Below are positions 12,323 to 26,140 of a stretch of DNA of 64,000 nt, piece by piece. The DNA is taken from contig NW_025766974.1 of the NCBI RefSeq assembly GCF_003918875.1, positions 1,054,001 to 1,118,000 of the forward strand. Direction: 5' to 3'. This DNA is from Haliotis rubra. Taxonomy: Eukaryota. Under the pieces are notes generated by a model. It had not been told where the DNA came from, ran no database searches, and worked only from the letters and a program-made list of their open reading frames with translations. A program made the position numbers and the translations under genes. The stretch's first letter is position 1. The number at the start of each line of letters is the position of its first letter.

Positions 12323-14012
12323 GATACCACCACCGACTTCATTATCAACGATGTCATTATGTTAATAGACGTAAAGCCAATCAACCTTTCTTCCCTTCGA
12401 CGACACATTAGTCGAAACAATAATAGCATCAAACAATAGAGAACTGAAGGTGAAAACACCTCTCATCATTTTACCAAAGCACGTGCAAATTTACTTTAAA
12501 ATGAAGTTTGCTTTATAAAGGTTGATAAGAAATACATACCAATTTGACCACAATCTCTCCCTTCCCCAGTTACAAATACAGTGTGAGGAGAAAGTTGAGG
12601 GACTTGGTTCTGAACCAGATAAAACTGTTGTGATAGCGTGGGAAAAGGTCTAAGTCGATATAAATGTCAATTTGCCAACATTTCTTTCGGTTTACGAAAT
12701 GAATAAAGCGATTGTGATCACGTCTAAAATAAACGACTTTCAAAACATACCCACGCATGCAAGAAAGGACTTTGAAGAAACGCTTCCTGTTATAGAGCAG
12801 CGTAATGTTTTAAAAAGGCTGTATGTGTTTGTTGCTGATCGGGCTTATTGGCGTTACATGCGGAGCTACATTAGTGAGACACCTCAACTCGATCTTTTAG
12901 CAGTTCGTAATGTTTGTTTGTATCTGCCCAAATGTTGATGTGTAAACGTATTCGTCTTAACCACATAGCCCTTTGGGGTTTACATAGTTGACAGAGCCTC
13001 AGCTCGCCAGAAACAGACGGCATTTCTGCGTCTCAGTACGAAAACACTTTTGACATTCAAAGTTTACATTCTTCTCTGAGAATGTCATTATAGGGTTTTG
13101 CTCTACAAAGGCATACACAGAGAGGATGTATGGGTAAAGTTTAAATCTCTTGATTACTTGATGGAGTCACAGTCAATGGCGGATTGTGTTGGGAACACTG
13201 TTGTATTGTACTATAATTAATACTAAACTGTACAACAGAATATTGTGGGCTTTCAGTTTCGGTTATAATGCACGTCGACACCGGGGCGTTTGACAATACG
13301 TATTGTAGTGTTCACATCAAGCACTGGGATCCGAACAATGTGTTGGAACGAAGCAGGGAGGGGGTCACAGAGTTCTACACCCAGGCGGACTATACTCTAT
13401 ACATGCTATGATTTCAACACGAGACTGAGACCTGCGTTCAGGTTACCTACACACTTGCTCCTTGTTAAGCCTCAAACAAATAGAACCACTGTTTGAAGCA
13501 AATGCTTTCATTGTGTATGAGCTCCGAGTGCCCAAAAATGGTAATCAACATTGTTCACGTAAATTCAAAACAGCCAATTTTGCTGAATGTGCACAAACAT
13601 CCCGACCGGACTAAAGTCGAAATAAATGCAAGGAGACCGAAGATGGGGTCGAACAGAAGTTTAACAGTAATTTTCAATGAGGATCGACATTAACGACGGT
13701 GTCCACAAGCGTTATCAGCTCACTAACCCCCGTTCGTTAGGATAAAGATATTCGTCTTAAAGACATAAGGCCAGATTACTGTTTTCCTTTTCACCCTTGT
13801 GTAATCAAAGCTGCTGTGTCATATGATATAAGGCAATTAAACGAAATTGCGAAAATTGGCGTAGATAACAGTATACATATTTATCCGTTAAACCTCCGCC
13901 AGACGCGATTACACGCCCTTGGTCTAGAACCCTAGCATCGGGATTACAACTGGTTTCATACATTCTATAATAATAATAGTCCACGTCCAGGATGAATATC
14001 TTGCTCAAAGCG

Positions 14013-14600
14013 CTAAGAAGGAAAAGGAGTATTCAGGAAAATGCTTGACGGAACAACTGAGTCTTGAAAAGAATAGGTTGGAGAAGTTTGTAGTTCTTGA
14101 GGGAGAATGTTCCACTGATAAGCTGCTGAATGGGAAAACGCCCGTTGTCCATAACTGCACAGTTTGACTTTGGGCGCAATGAATAGCTGTTGAGATTCTG
14201 AGCGGAGCGCTCTGGATGGAATGTAGGGCTGGAGGAGGTCACAGAGATAAGCTGGAGCAATATGAGAATGACACTGATAAGCTAGACAGAGAAGTTTGAA
14301 ATTGACTCTCTGCCAATGAAGCTCTTTGAGGATCGGGGTGATATGGTCTGATTTTGGAGAGAGTGAAACAAGTCTGGCTGCTTTGTTCTGGATTGATTGG
14401 AATCTTCTGATGCCATGTTTTGGAGAACCGGCTAGGAGGCTGTTGCAATAATCTATCCTTGAAATTATTAATGAAAGGGTCGGTGTTTTTGTAGCATCCT
14501 TGGTCAGACATGCTCTAATTTCCCCAATGTTTCTTAGCTGTAGGTGACAAGATCGAGAGGAGTGGCTAACTTGTTTGTTCAAGTCAAGGTTTGAGTCTAC
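14013..14600 (-). mobile_element. L2/CR1-group LINE fragment, C-terminal part of ORF2
   Basis: ORF 14013..14582 contains SRIDYCNSLLAG...IQNKAARLV...SDHITPILKELHW...FKL...PAYL...RALRS...YGQRAFS...WNILP, the typical L2 post-RT region. Confidence 0.9.
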
Positions 14601-14714
14601 ATTCTACTATACAAAGACACATTTCTCCGACACCATTATTTGAAAACATGCTACACGAAACAGATCATCGGGGGTGTAATAAGAGGTGTTACTGTATACT
14701 GAGTTTCAACCAAC

Positions 14715-14968
14715 CTTGCAAACGTAGCTCCGAAGATGACCTCTGAACCCCAGGTTCCACTCGATATTTGGGGTTTGGTCTGCCGTAGTACAGCCCCTGA
14801 TTGGGTGCTGCCTGGTACACTGCAGGCGCCTCAACCCACAAGCCATTCCCCACCTTAGGAAGGCCCCTGGGGTCAATATGACTGAGTGTAGAGTGTTGAC
14901 TTTGATGGCCAGAGTCAGAGGGAAGATGGTGGAACTGCTTCTCATGTCTCTTCTTCTTCCTCTTGGAC
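14715..14968 (-). CDS. Coding exon 2 (E-SKRKKKRHEKQFHH...SSSELRLQ)
   Basis: Acceptor cacag at 14969-71; donor G|GTTGGT; 254 nt, phase 2 to phase 1; lies in ORF 14689..15102; polybasic stretch directly follows the TM helix. Confidence 0.85.
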
Positions 14969-17900
14969 CTGTGAGGTGTTAGAACATCAAACAATGATAT
15001 TTGTCTCGGCATGATATCAGTATAGACTACAATACACAACACATTCGTCAGTGACTTTGTGAAACTGTTTACAGTGTCAAATATTAAATATAGTGTTGGC
15101 ACCTACACATCACTTACCACATTCTACTGGCGTTACTGGTAGACTGACTGAAGGCACACCTACTCTGGCCGTCTATATCTGTGTATTCCCACCTACGTAT
15201 GATGACAATGGTGGGAACCTGTTTAAGATTTAAGGACGTGGGTAGGTCTGATTCACCACAGAAGCACAGCCTAAGAAGATAAGATAGGAGCAATTTCGGA
15301 ACAATCTGTGAAGCTTCAGTAGTTCTCTGTGTTTGTCACGGTCTGTTTGGGGAAAGGTATGAGACACACTCAATCTTGGGTCATAAACAGAATGATCACA
15401 CTTTAAATTCATAGATCTGGCATGTATATGCTCACTATTTGCATATGTCACTGCACAAAATTGACCCTGGAGCTTGTGGAACACCTTAACAAGATCCCCC
15501 AAAACAGTTGACCCCGGAGTTTGAGGATTACTTTCAGAAGTAAATATTTCTTCATTTAAAAAACATTCAATTATTTGAAATATTTTATAAATGTGTTGAA
15601 CATTTGATGAATTTTGACAACTGTTGACAAACGGCTATATATGGCTTCAGCGCCCAGGGAGGGTATGCGACATCTGCCTGTTTAAATGTACGTACTTAGT
15701 ATTCCGATGATATTAATACATGGTGATGTAACAAGCCGCACAAGAAGTACATCTAAGAGCATTATATGGATAACTAAATAGCCATACTTAACATCAGACC
15801 ACAGAAGGATTACATTCCCACGGTTAATATAATTGATCACATCTGCGCTAAACATTTCCAACAGGTCTCAGAAGGAGAAAAAGGTCAGCAAAATATTTTT
15901 AAAAAATTTAAGTTTTATCAGTTGCTATTGTCATATATTTAACACGTTCGTCTTCATACAAAAAGATGGCTGACACGTCTCCATCAACTCTCCACTTATG
16001 ACACAGCCATCTATAGATGTGACAGTTGGATTGATTTCTGTGTCGTGACTATGCCATTTGTCACGCTAGTATGGTTATCCGGTGCTGAACAATGTAAGTG
16101 CACTGCAACAGTCAACGGTCACGGTTCGACGACAACATCTGCATTATTTAACGTCGCTCTGTGTATACCTGAAGTATATACCTGACCTACTCTCGCTGTA
16201 CAGAATATAACACACCGAATAGTGGCGTATCTCAGATGATGGATCATTTTTTACAAAATCGTTTTCGGTTTCCAGTCCATAAAAAACACATTTAAATGGT
16301 TCTGTGGGAATTGTAATTCTCATCATAATCATAGTTTCACCCAAAGACCTCAAAACAACGTCTGGTGACCATTTTTCACCAAATATATTTTACTTTTTAT
16401 TTAACATATTTGATTGATTGTATTGTTCTGCAATCACACCGCATAAATCATATTCCAACGAAACCCTTTCGTTTTGGGTCGCTACCCCACTGTCACTAAA
16501 GGGAAACAAACCCAAAAATACAAGACTAACGGATCAATCATATTTCGTCTTTAGATATAATTGCCACATTACGAGTGACAAGTTACTGCCAGGTAATTGA
16601 GTCTTTTCCCGTCAAACAATATGAGACTTCTTGCACGGAAATGTACCATTTTGGCCCTCAATGTAATCTCCCGATGAGGTGGAATAACTGCTGATAAGAA
16701 GTTTACTTAACAAGAAAACACGGAAATAGACGTTATTTCCTGCTTACATGAACAATATCGACATTCTAATTATCTAGAAGTAATGTGCATTATATACAAG
16801 ATACCAAAATATCATTTCCTATTATATGAAAAAACTGCCCTTCCATTTATCAACAAAGAATCTTCAGTGTTAAGTAAAAAATACATTCAGAAGATTCATT
16901 CAATGACGAGTAAGGTGTGATAATCAATACTACTTTGTTACCAATACATGACATGACCTGTCTCAAGTAATCACTTCATCCATGGCAGGGTAATGGAAGG
17001 ATATGCATATATGTTATGCTGATATTACTACAAATATTTTACACTAAGAATGACATTCCGCACGTATTATCGCAATGACTCCTATGTACCACCTTGGCAC
17101 CAACCTTCATCACAGGTGAGCTGGCAAATACCACGGAGACCGTCTAAATGACAAGATACAAGATGGCAGAAACTGGGGCAACTAATAAGCTCCAGATAAG
17201 CTTCAGTGTACATACTTATATCAACATATAGAAGGCACTTCAAAAAGAACGTATTCCAATGAAGGGAGAGTTGCGGTAGTAATGTCAACACTTAGGCTCT
17301 CAGTATCATCACACAGGCGTCATGACGGCTAATGGTTGCCGACCACGCCATTTACTCCATTACGTGGTACATGCACAGCTTTACACCACGGCTAAACCCC
17401 TTTTTCATCTACCATTGCTAATGGTTTTGGTTGGAAAGACGGTCATTCGATACCCCTACACTTATAGCTAAACGCAATACTTTGGCAATAAAGGCTGTTT
17501 TGGTCCAGATCGTATCATCCTGGAGCCAGCGACGTATGTATATCTTACTATAAAACAAATTCTCTCAAAATCTGTTTACATATGAATGTTGACTACTTTA
17601 TATACCAGCACCATTACCGGCACAATGTAATGAGGTCGAATATATTTTAATGATGCTGATTATTTCATAAAAAAAAGACATATAATTCCGACTGAGACGT
17701 CTAATGTGCCACGAAACTTAAATGTGGGCCAACAAATAAGACTAGTGATGTATGATCCTGTCGAACATCTGTTTAAACGAATGGTTTTGCTGTACATTAA
17801 TCTTGCAATGAATTTAAAATATTTAAAAACATATTTTGATACATATATTTGCTAAAGATAAAGGAGAAAATTATTTGATAATTGCTTCATGCAAAACATT

Positions 17901-17971
17901 ATTCATAAATTAAATGGATTACTTAAACTCATTGGTCTTTTAGAAGCTGGTGATTATTTGTAGAAACTCAC

Positions 17972-18069
17972 TCGCAAGAGCAGCAGATGATGCAGGCAAT
18001 GACGCTGATGATGAGGATCCCGCCCCCAACAGAGCCGCCGATGATGTAGCCGAGAGTGGCGTCATCCAT
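17972..18069 (-). CDS. Coding exon 1 of an uncharacterised single-pass (type III-like) membrane protein: MDDATLGYIIGGSVGGGILIISVIACIICCSC
   Basis: ATG at 18069 in context AAAAAC-ATG-G; acceptor tgctag just upstream (exon starts 18081); hydrophobic TM helix followed by CIICCSC; donor GA|GTGAGT, phase 2, matches the next exon. Confidence 0.85.
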
Positions 18070-21000
18070 GTTTTTTGTTACCTAGCAACATACACAATGA
18101 CATAACATCAATAAAACCATACGAGCATTTTTTTGCAAAAGGTCGGGAAAGTAATTAACAATATGAAGAGTTCAAAATGTCACGAAGTGTTACTACCACA
18201 GTCTCAATTTGCTCGTTATTAAAGTACTTGATGACATGTTCTTTGATGTCATCCATCATCTGGGAACTAAAAACAGATGGCACGTTGATGAAGCACAAAA
18301 CGTTTTGTCTCATTATACTAAAATCAGTCACCTTCTCATCATATTACCACAAGGTCATTAAGATAATCATTTTGCCCAACTGTATGAAATACACGTATTA
18401 GACACAATTGAAATAAAAATACACATGCACATAACAAACACAAAAGCACACACACACACACGCGCTCCCCCCTCCAAAATGACCCCAAAAAAATTAAACA
18501 CCCCCCAAAAAACCCAAACAAACAAAACAAACAAAAACAAAACAAAACAAAAAAACAAAAAAACAAAAACATAATTAAATCAGTGAAAGATCAGACACTT
18601 TCGTTTTAAATCAAAATAAAAGAAACGGGTCGAGCTGTTTTCAAAGTACAAAATATGGTCAAACTGCAAATCTCATAAAATACCTGCACTGTTCGATACC
18701 ATGTAACATCTGTTGCATTCTGAACCTATTTCATACATATCAAATCAGCTCCTTGAAGACTTTGACAAACTTCCAAATACCCCCATGACCAAATGAGTTC
18801 GACACAGCCGTGTTTGTTGCCTGTGTGTTATATAAACCTTTCAAGAAGGGAATGTGAAGTACGGAATATACTATTCGAGATTATGTGCATATGTAGATAT
18901 ACCAAAAGGCTCTCGGCACTATTCAGGAACAGAATGTTATCCTGCCCTACTGAAAAGAACCAGGTTAATCTATGCCTGGATGAACATATTGATTTGAACA
19001 GCCAATAAACAAACGCCTTAAATAGATATGTCAAGGGCTTGACAACGATCTCTTTGTTCTCGGTTTTATCCGATGAATATACACAAAGCTGTTTGATAAA
19101 ATCAATTTCGTGTGAATCATAAACAAATTTTGCCATTGTATAATATTGATGATAAATATACGTTGACATTTTTTGCACTATGTCTAACAAATTCCTTCTT
19201 TGAACGAAAACAATTGACAAACAATACAGTATTGACGTTGTTAAAGGTTCTCGAATTTACTGATAGCAATTTTGCAAAAAACTTGAAAATTTCATTGCCC
19301 ACTTTTATTTCTAGGCAGTGTCCACAAACAGGTTCGAAAAAAATGAATGTGAACCAAAAAATTAATCACCTAAAGAATTTGAATTATTTGAAACATGAAA
19401 GAAATACACTGAGTGTGTCACTCTCTCTGATTCTAGCCTTCGCGGTGACATTTTGAATTTTGGCGTGATATTAATATAAAATAATATGGTCACTCCATTT
19501 TCAGCTAATTTTTAAATACTATTTCCTCTCCTCCCTCACCAATTAAAGGGAATTAAAACAACCACAAAATATCAAATGGTCGTTCCCTTTTTGAATATGT
19601 AAATATACGTGAAACGTTAGTAGGTTGAGCTCGTCTTTCTTGTATCATTCAGGGTTAGCTAAAGGGTGGTCTTAACAATGCTGTACATAGCCAGGTATGA
19701 ATGAACCCTAATTATGTTTTCAGGCTGTGGACTATACAGTTTAATAACACTATTTTCATGGTATTGTGCATATCCTTGACCTAGCTCAAAGGTTGCATGA
19801 CATGAATCTGAATGAGCATTGAAGAGGCTTTCCAAGAGCATTGCAGTTTCTGACACCAGTGTAGTGCGTGAGTAGAATTCCAGGATGGCAAAACAGCGTG
19901 TTTCAATTACGACAAGTGTTATTTACATGAATGCGTCACAACGAGTATTTCGTTTCACGGTTTTCATTTCCATCAAACATTGCATTATTTATTAGGAGGT
20001 AGGTACAAGTGCACAATGAACTTGTATGTGGTGGCAGAAAAAATATCAACCTCGAATTCGTACATATCTGTGATATTCCAGACACGACTCCGTGTTGGGA
20101 GTGACTACGTATTTGTACATAGAAGAGTTTAAAGAGCTGTGGATATGTATGGGGCAAAACATCCTAAAAACGTACAAAAAACGAAGTATCACGACGCTCG
20201 AATATTGCCAAATAGAGGGATTCTTTGTCAATAGTTTTTTCATATAAAATATTATAATTATTTGTTTTAGGTGCCAGTTATCACGAATTCTAAATTCCAT
20301 TTGCTGTTAGAGATACACATCTCCACACACGGGCATTCGAGGTGCCATATTAAATGAGTGGAGATTGGCTACATACCTTAAATGGCTGCGGTGGTCACTT
20401 ATCATCATAAACACTATACATCAGTGTCACGGTAAATTCCTTGTTACACAGTTCTTTCTCTCGTCTATGTTATACCTTGTCCCGCCACACTCCCATAAGT
20501 TCCAGGGTTGTACTCATTCGCGCGCGACGGTGTAGTAATGATCGCCTGAAGAAACCATGTAGTCACACCAGATCATCAGCGAATGGCGACAATATTCAAC
20601 TCGGCCGCATCACACAGATTCAATGTACACAGGACTTAACATATCAACATTTGCTTCCCATTTTGGACTTAAGTATACTGTCGTAACCTTAGCATGTATT
20701 CACATCAAGTCATGTGGTCAACTGGCTCAGTCATTGGTTCGTGATGTCGTCTGCTTGTCTCGTGCACACCTGTCGTCTGCTTTGGCAGCTACCGCGGGAT
20801 TTGCGGGGTTCGATTACATGTGTTCGGTCTCTCTATTGATTTGTTGAGGAAATCTTTGCTGAGAACATTTTACACTGACAAGTCGGGTAACTTTAGCCAT
20901 GTGGGACGAATCATTACTGGCCGCTGTTACCGGCTTATCGCAGTATACCCCACACCTTTGTTGTAGTCTACAGACTAATACCACAGTCTTGGGTTGTGTA

Positions 21001-22331
21001 ATTGGGACATTGCTGTAGATTAAGATACTAGTAATTACTGCAATGGAACTTAGTGTAGCAGAAAGACTTTGATTATGGTATTAGGGAAAGTTACGCGAGA
21101 TTGATATAAGTCACCTACAAAGTCACTGCGGGGTTTATAATATGGTAGAGATTGTAGGCACAGGTAAACTAATAGGACCTAAAACTAGGTCTCACTCTGG
21201 GAATCAAACTGGGATCTGATGAATGACGTGCCAAGTCGCTGTCATTTTTTATCCACACTTTATTTGTTGTATCAGGACAACATGTCAGTATGAAAAAATA
21301 ACGGCATCGAACTATCGAAAATAATTCTTTCTCAACTGGAACCGAGATATTTGGAGATGTTTCGTAATATTAAACCTAATTGAATATACAAGATCTCACC
21401 TTACGTGTGACTCTATGTCGTTGAAAACTGACAAAATGGCTGTCAGATCAGAGTGTTTGAAAGAATCATCAAGTTGAAATCCATACCCGTGTTTATTCGA
21501 CTGACCTGAAGGTAATCTTATACAGTCTGACGTGTGAGCCGGCCCATTACCACACAGATAAACGCATCGACCGGGCACTGACGTAAATGCCCCAGACCCG
21601 ATAGAAAATGTTGAAAGTGTCTTCCCTGTCCATTGAAACAGCGACACAGACAAGAGGCTTGTCTTTCATGAACAGCTTCTGCTGTCAATGGACATGGGAA
21701 TGACGGTATGTGTTGTTAGGTATTATAGCCCCATTACTTTGGGTGTCACGTATTAACTTAAACTGTCACGTGACTACCACGAGCAATCGCATGTGACAAA
21801 ATCGATCATCGATCTTCTGTCAGAAATAAGCTCTGAGAGTTACGAACTGATCCCACGCTTTGTCTCTCAGGTATTGATTGTCTGGTGGTTGGAGAATATA
21901 CGACATTTTTAGACATCACAAAGTGTTACCCTTAAGATTGTATACGATCTTCCCATATCCTTCTCCCTACTTATGTCCCCATGGACCTCAGCGGGAGGTC
22001 TAGAAACGTAATCTGTGATCACTTTTACTGCACCTTCGACAAGAATATACAGGCAATATATTCCGGTAACACTACGTTGCATAAATGTACCTGTTGGCAG
22101 TGTACACGGGACGTGGACGTTCGGCGTGTCAATATCAACTCTGTATTGAAGTCGTGTGTCACATTTTCTAATGACACATATACTTTACTACAGTTGTAAC
22201 ATATGTTACGTGGGCTCATCTATCTGCGTAGAAAATCATTATATTAATGGTTTGTTCTAGACATGCGAGTTAAGGTTGTGTGGACTGTCACGCATGTCAT
22301 GTGATATCTGTGCAATTAAAACCTATAAAGA

Positions 22332-22602
22332 AGACCACTGTATGGACATGCCTGCTGAACCTGCTCAGAGGACCACTGCATGAACATGTGGGGCTGATGA
22401 ACCAGCATAGAGGACCACTGTATGAGCATGTGAGATCTGATGAACCTGCTCAGAGGACCACTGTATGAACATGTGAGGGCTGATGAACCTGCATAGAGGA
22501 CCACTGAATGAACATGTGAGGGCTGATGAACCTGCATAGCGGACCACTGTATTGGACATGTGGAGCCTGATGAACCTGCACATAGGACCACTGTATGGAC
22601 AG
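22332..22602. repeat. 43-bp minisatellite, about 6 units (GAGGACCACTGTATGAACATGTGAGGGCTGATGAACCTGCATA)
   Basis: Period measured 22453 to 22496. Confidence 0.92.
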
Positions 22603-23384
22603 CTGAAGGCTGTCATGTCAGTTATTACGTAAACACAAGCAAACAAGTATGTCTTCTGCGAGTCTTCATTCATTTAACAAATGAGTAATGATCCATCCGG
22701 TCTGTTTTACAGAAATCAGACACCCACACACCCATGTTGGTAGCATGCTATAACATAATCCCTTGTCTGTTTTTCTAGCAGTTACCACGAAAAGAAAATG
22801 ATGAACCCTTAACATGTGATTCTGGGAATGGTTCTATCATTTCATAGTGCAGACAAATATTTGACAGTGCCAGGAAAAGACACGAGCAGTCCCAGAAAAA
22901 GAGAAGTGTCGTTGACATATCGCGACAACACGTCCACAGTAAGTAAGCCAGGCAGAATACAAAACCAACCAAGTTTTATAAAAGTCTTAAACAACAGTAT
23001 GGAAAACTATAATAGGTTATTTCTTGTTCTCAGAAAGTGTTTATTTAGTGAATAGAGGTTGCATGCAAGACACAGAGTTCAGGCGCAGTGCATCGCCTTT
23101 TAAACATGTGGAGTTTGTCTAAGTTGAAGTGCTGTGGAGACAGAGAAAACTCTTTTTACCCCATGCCGTGAGACAGAAGGATCGTGTGTGTTCACTTCAG
23201 GATGGAGGGCTTAAAGGGGTGAGATGCGGATGCAGGGGCTTTCGTTACAATCTGCCGGGCAGGCTGAACAAAACCGTGTTATCCTGAGGAATTTCTCATT
23301 ATGCAAAGTATTGCCAACATAGTGGTCTATTCATGAGGTTTATGAAAACCCAGGTAATAGCCTGGTTCGTTCATGTGATGTCGT

Positions 23385-23640
23385 GTTCTTGTGTAAGAAA
23401 AAGACTAGTAGATATTATTGTGCAAGTAGTAAATCAGTAGATGTCCTTGTGTAAATAGGAGACCAGTAGATGACCTTGTGTAAATAGGAGACCAGTAGAT
23501 GTTCTTGCTTAAATAAGAAAAGTAAATGTTCCTGTGTAAATAAAAGCCCAGTAGATGTCCTTGTGTGGGTAGTGTCTTGTGTAAGTAAAAGATCAGTAGA
23601 TGTTCTTCTGTAATTAAATGACTATTGGATCCTTGTGTAG
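23385..23640. repeat. Degenerate ~29-bp tandem repeat (AGTAGATGTCCTTGTGTAAATAGGAGACC)
   Basis: Recurrent AGTAGATG...TTGTGTAA units, period 29 at 23465/23494. Confidence 0.75.
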
Positions 23641-24270
23641 TTGTGCTTTTAGATGAGATTGCTTTTGATTAAGGACAGGATGTTGTCGCTTCTACTATTA
23701 TTTAACAAAGTGATACCTTTGTCAGGCAACCTTCTCGTCCTTTGATGAAAGTACTAAACGATGGATCTGATATTTCAAATAGTTTCTCCGTAAAACATCA
23801 TACACGCACCATCAACACCCAACGTTGTCAAGCAGTTATATATTTCTGCCCCCAGAGTAAGCGCAATGGTGTTGACCGACACACAACCATGACAATAGTG
23901 AACGCTTCAAGCGGTCCGTCTTGTAAGCCAAAATATCAACGGTCCTTGGAGGCCCTCTGATCTGATCCCCGTTGACCATGAATTCACCCGGGCCACCCAG
24001 TTTATCATCCAGGACAGGTACAACATAAAGGGCTAGTGTTGACACTCAACCCCCACACTCGGTTCTTCACACAATGTAGGGCTACGTAAATCAACGCTGA
24101 CCACTAGGTGGCTGGAGAAGGTCAAGACAAGTACCCTCTATACCCAACTCCCGACCCTGACCTTTTCCTCCCAGTTGAACCACACCCTGTAATGTTCAAC
24201 TCCTGCATACAATGCCCATTAATGGAACTGTCACGGTATCCCTCCTACAAGCGCCTTTAACTGTTTACAG

Positions 24271-24500
24271 TTGTTTGTTTGTTGTTCAGCAACATTCCAC
24301 GCACCTGACACGGCGGCATTCGGTAACTATTCGTGGCTGGATCCAGTAATTAACTTGATGCGCATCGATCAACGAAATTAGGATACGATGACAGGCATCA
24401 GCCAAGCCTGCGAGCCGGACCACTCGATCCCGTTAGTCGTCTCTGACGACATGCCTTGATGGATTGAGACCACTCTGGCCCAGGTCCAACCCCACGGGTC
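24271..24500 (-). mobile_element. Diverged copy of SINE family B (structured non-tRNA head)
   Basis: GATCCCGTTAGTCGTCTCTGACGAC...CACGGGTC and an (AAAC)n tail align with the 43714-43984 copy. Confidence 0.75.
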
Positions 24501-24519
24501 CAGCAGCCCCGAGTACTAT

Positions 24520-24760
24520 ACAGCATCCATTTTATCCTCTCCCCATCTCTTTTTCTCTCATTCCCTCCCCTAGCAAGATACCCCTGTCTCTACCTTTGAC
24601 CTCCTATAAAAACCTCCCTAACCCCGTCACCCTTTGTACGTTCTTTCATCACTCTCCTTGACTTATCTTGTCTTCTATCTAGGCTTACAATTGATGTCAC
24701 TAAATTCAGCACTTGGCGTGTTGGGTACACTGTGTGGAATAAATAAGTTTAAACAAACGT
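24520..24760 (+). mobile_element. Possible LINE 3' UTR remnant
   Basis: C/T-rich tract ending AATAAATAAGTTTAAACAAAC; no coding match. Confidence 0.3.
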
Positions 24761-25127
24761 ACTAACAAGACTATACACTCAGCACGACTGAACATTCCGC
24801 CAACTCCCCATGCTATAGTTACCTAACTATCGTGTCCTCCTTGAAAGAATTCAGCTGGTCACATCACTGGTACTATCGACGCCAAGTGTTTGCTGAGAGA
24901 TCACGCCCTTTCAGTGACGGACTGACTGGACAACATCATCCGGAATGACTGACATGGGGCCATTTCTGGTCATTTCTGTTATGTAACGCGGTAAGCTATA
25001 CTATGTCTATTTATAACGGTAATGTTGCAGATTACAGCGTAAAAGCAAATTTATTCAATCACACTCGCATGTCTCTCGCAACCACCTACACCTGGTAATT
25101 TAGGTTTCTTAATAACAACCATTTTAG

Positions 25128-25250
25128 AGTCAGCGAGTGGTTGAATTTTTATTCCGCAGTCAGTATGTTCTGGTTATACCAAAGTGGGCTGAACATGATC
25201 GAGTCTGGACGAAGTAAACCAGGAACAGAAAACACGAGCAACGATCTACC
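25128..25250 (-). mobile_element. Degraded 3' fragment of SINE family B
   Basis: GAGTCTGGAC and GAGCAACGATCTAC similarity plus a tail remnant. Confidence 0.5.
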
Positions 25251-26029
25251 CATCATATTTGCTTTAGTCGACGCGTATCTGTAGAGTATTGGGAACCATT
25301 GTGCAAGAGAATTCCTTCGGGAAAAGAAAGGTTTGAAAGCTATGGTTACACCAGCCTGAGAGAGTTACTGTTGCTGAACGACGCAGCAACAATTTTGAGA
25401 TTCTTCACGGCGAGGTAACACCAAAACTAAACACAATTCGCTGATAAGTACATCAAGAAAAAAACATAACACAGCAGAAATTCTGCAGCATCTTGACGCA
25501 TTGTTCTTTGTTTTGGGGAATATGCTAATTCATATAAAAAGGAATGTCCAAACTATTAACATTCCAGGCGTCATAGCTTCACATCTGCGCTTTACACGGA
25601 CCCATCACCCGTTTTATGTCTTGTGTGCCGATATGAGCGGAGCCTCGCTGACAGATATACCATTGTTGTGTGCCACATCCTTGTAGACGAAGTACAATGG
25701 CAGGTAAAAACAAGCACGTAACACTACACCTAGACGAGGTTTTCCTCGGGATTTCATCCTATTCATAAAGCGTTAATTTGTAAAGAGTGTTTCTTCTTCT
25801 GAATTATTTAGTTACGGATAACTTTGTGTCTCATGTTATTTGGTGGGAAAAAACTTTCTACAGAAAACCGTAGTCCGCACGGCAGGCTTTCTGAAGCGTA
25901 TGCCTTTTGACGACTCCTCCAACAACCATCAACCACACACTCCCAACCACACACTTCCAACCACACGCTCCCAACCACACGCTCCAGACCACACGCACGC
26001 ACGGGCGCACAAACCCTCTATTCCATCTG

Positions 26030-26140
26030 GGTAAGGTTTTAATCCGCTTTTAGCAATATTCCAGCAATATCACGGCGGGGGTGACCTAAAATGGGTTTCA
26101 CATATTGTGGGGATTCGAACCCGTGGTCTTCACCGTGATG
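26030..26140 (-). mobile_element. tRNA-derived SINE family A, partial
   Basis: CCGCTTTTAGCAATATTCCAGCAATATCACGGCGGGG...GGGATTCGAACCC. Confidence 0.8.

Noticed and set aside
18339-18572. Hydrophobic Phe/Cys-rich ORFs
   Set aside because: Translation of an (AAAC)/(CA) low-complexity tract
22332-22602. CTGATGA in most 43-bp units, suggesting tandem hammerheads or retrozymes
   Set aside because: No downstream stem II plus GAAA and no UH cleavage site geometry
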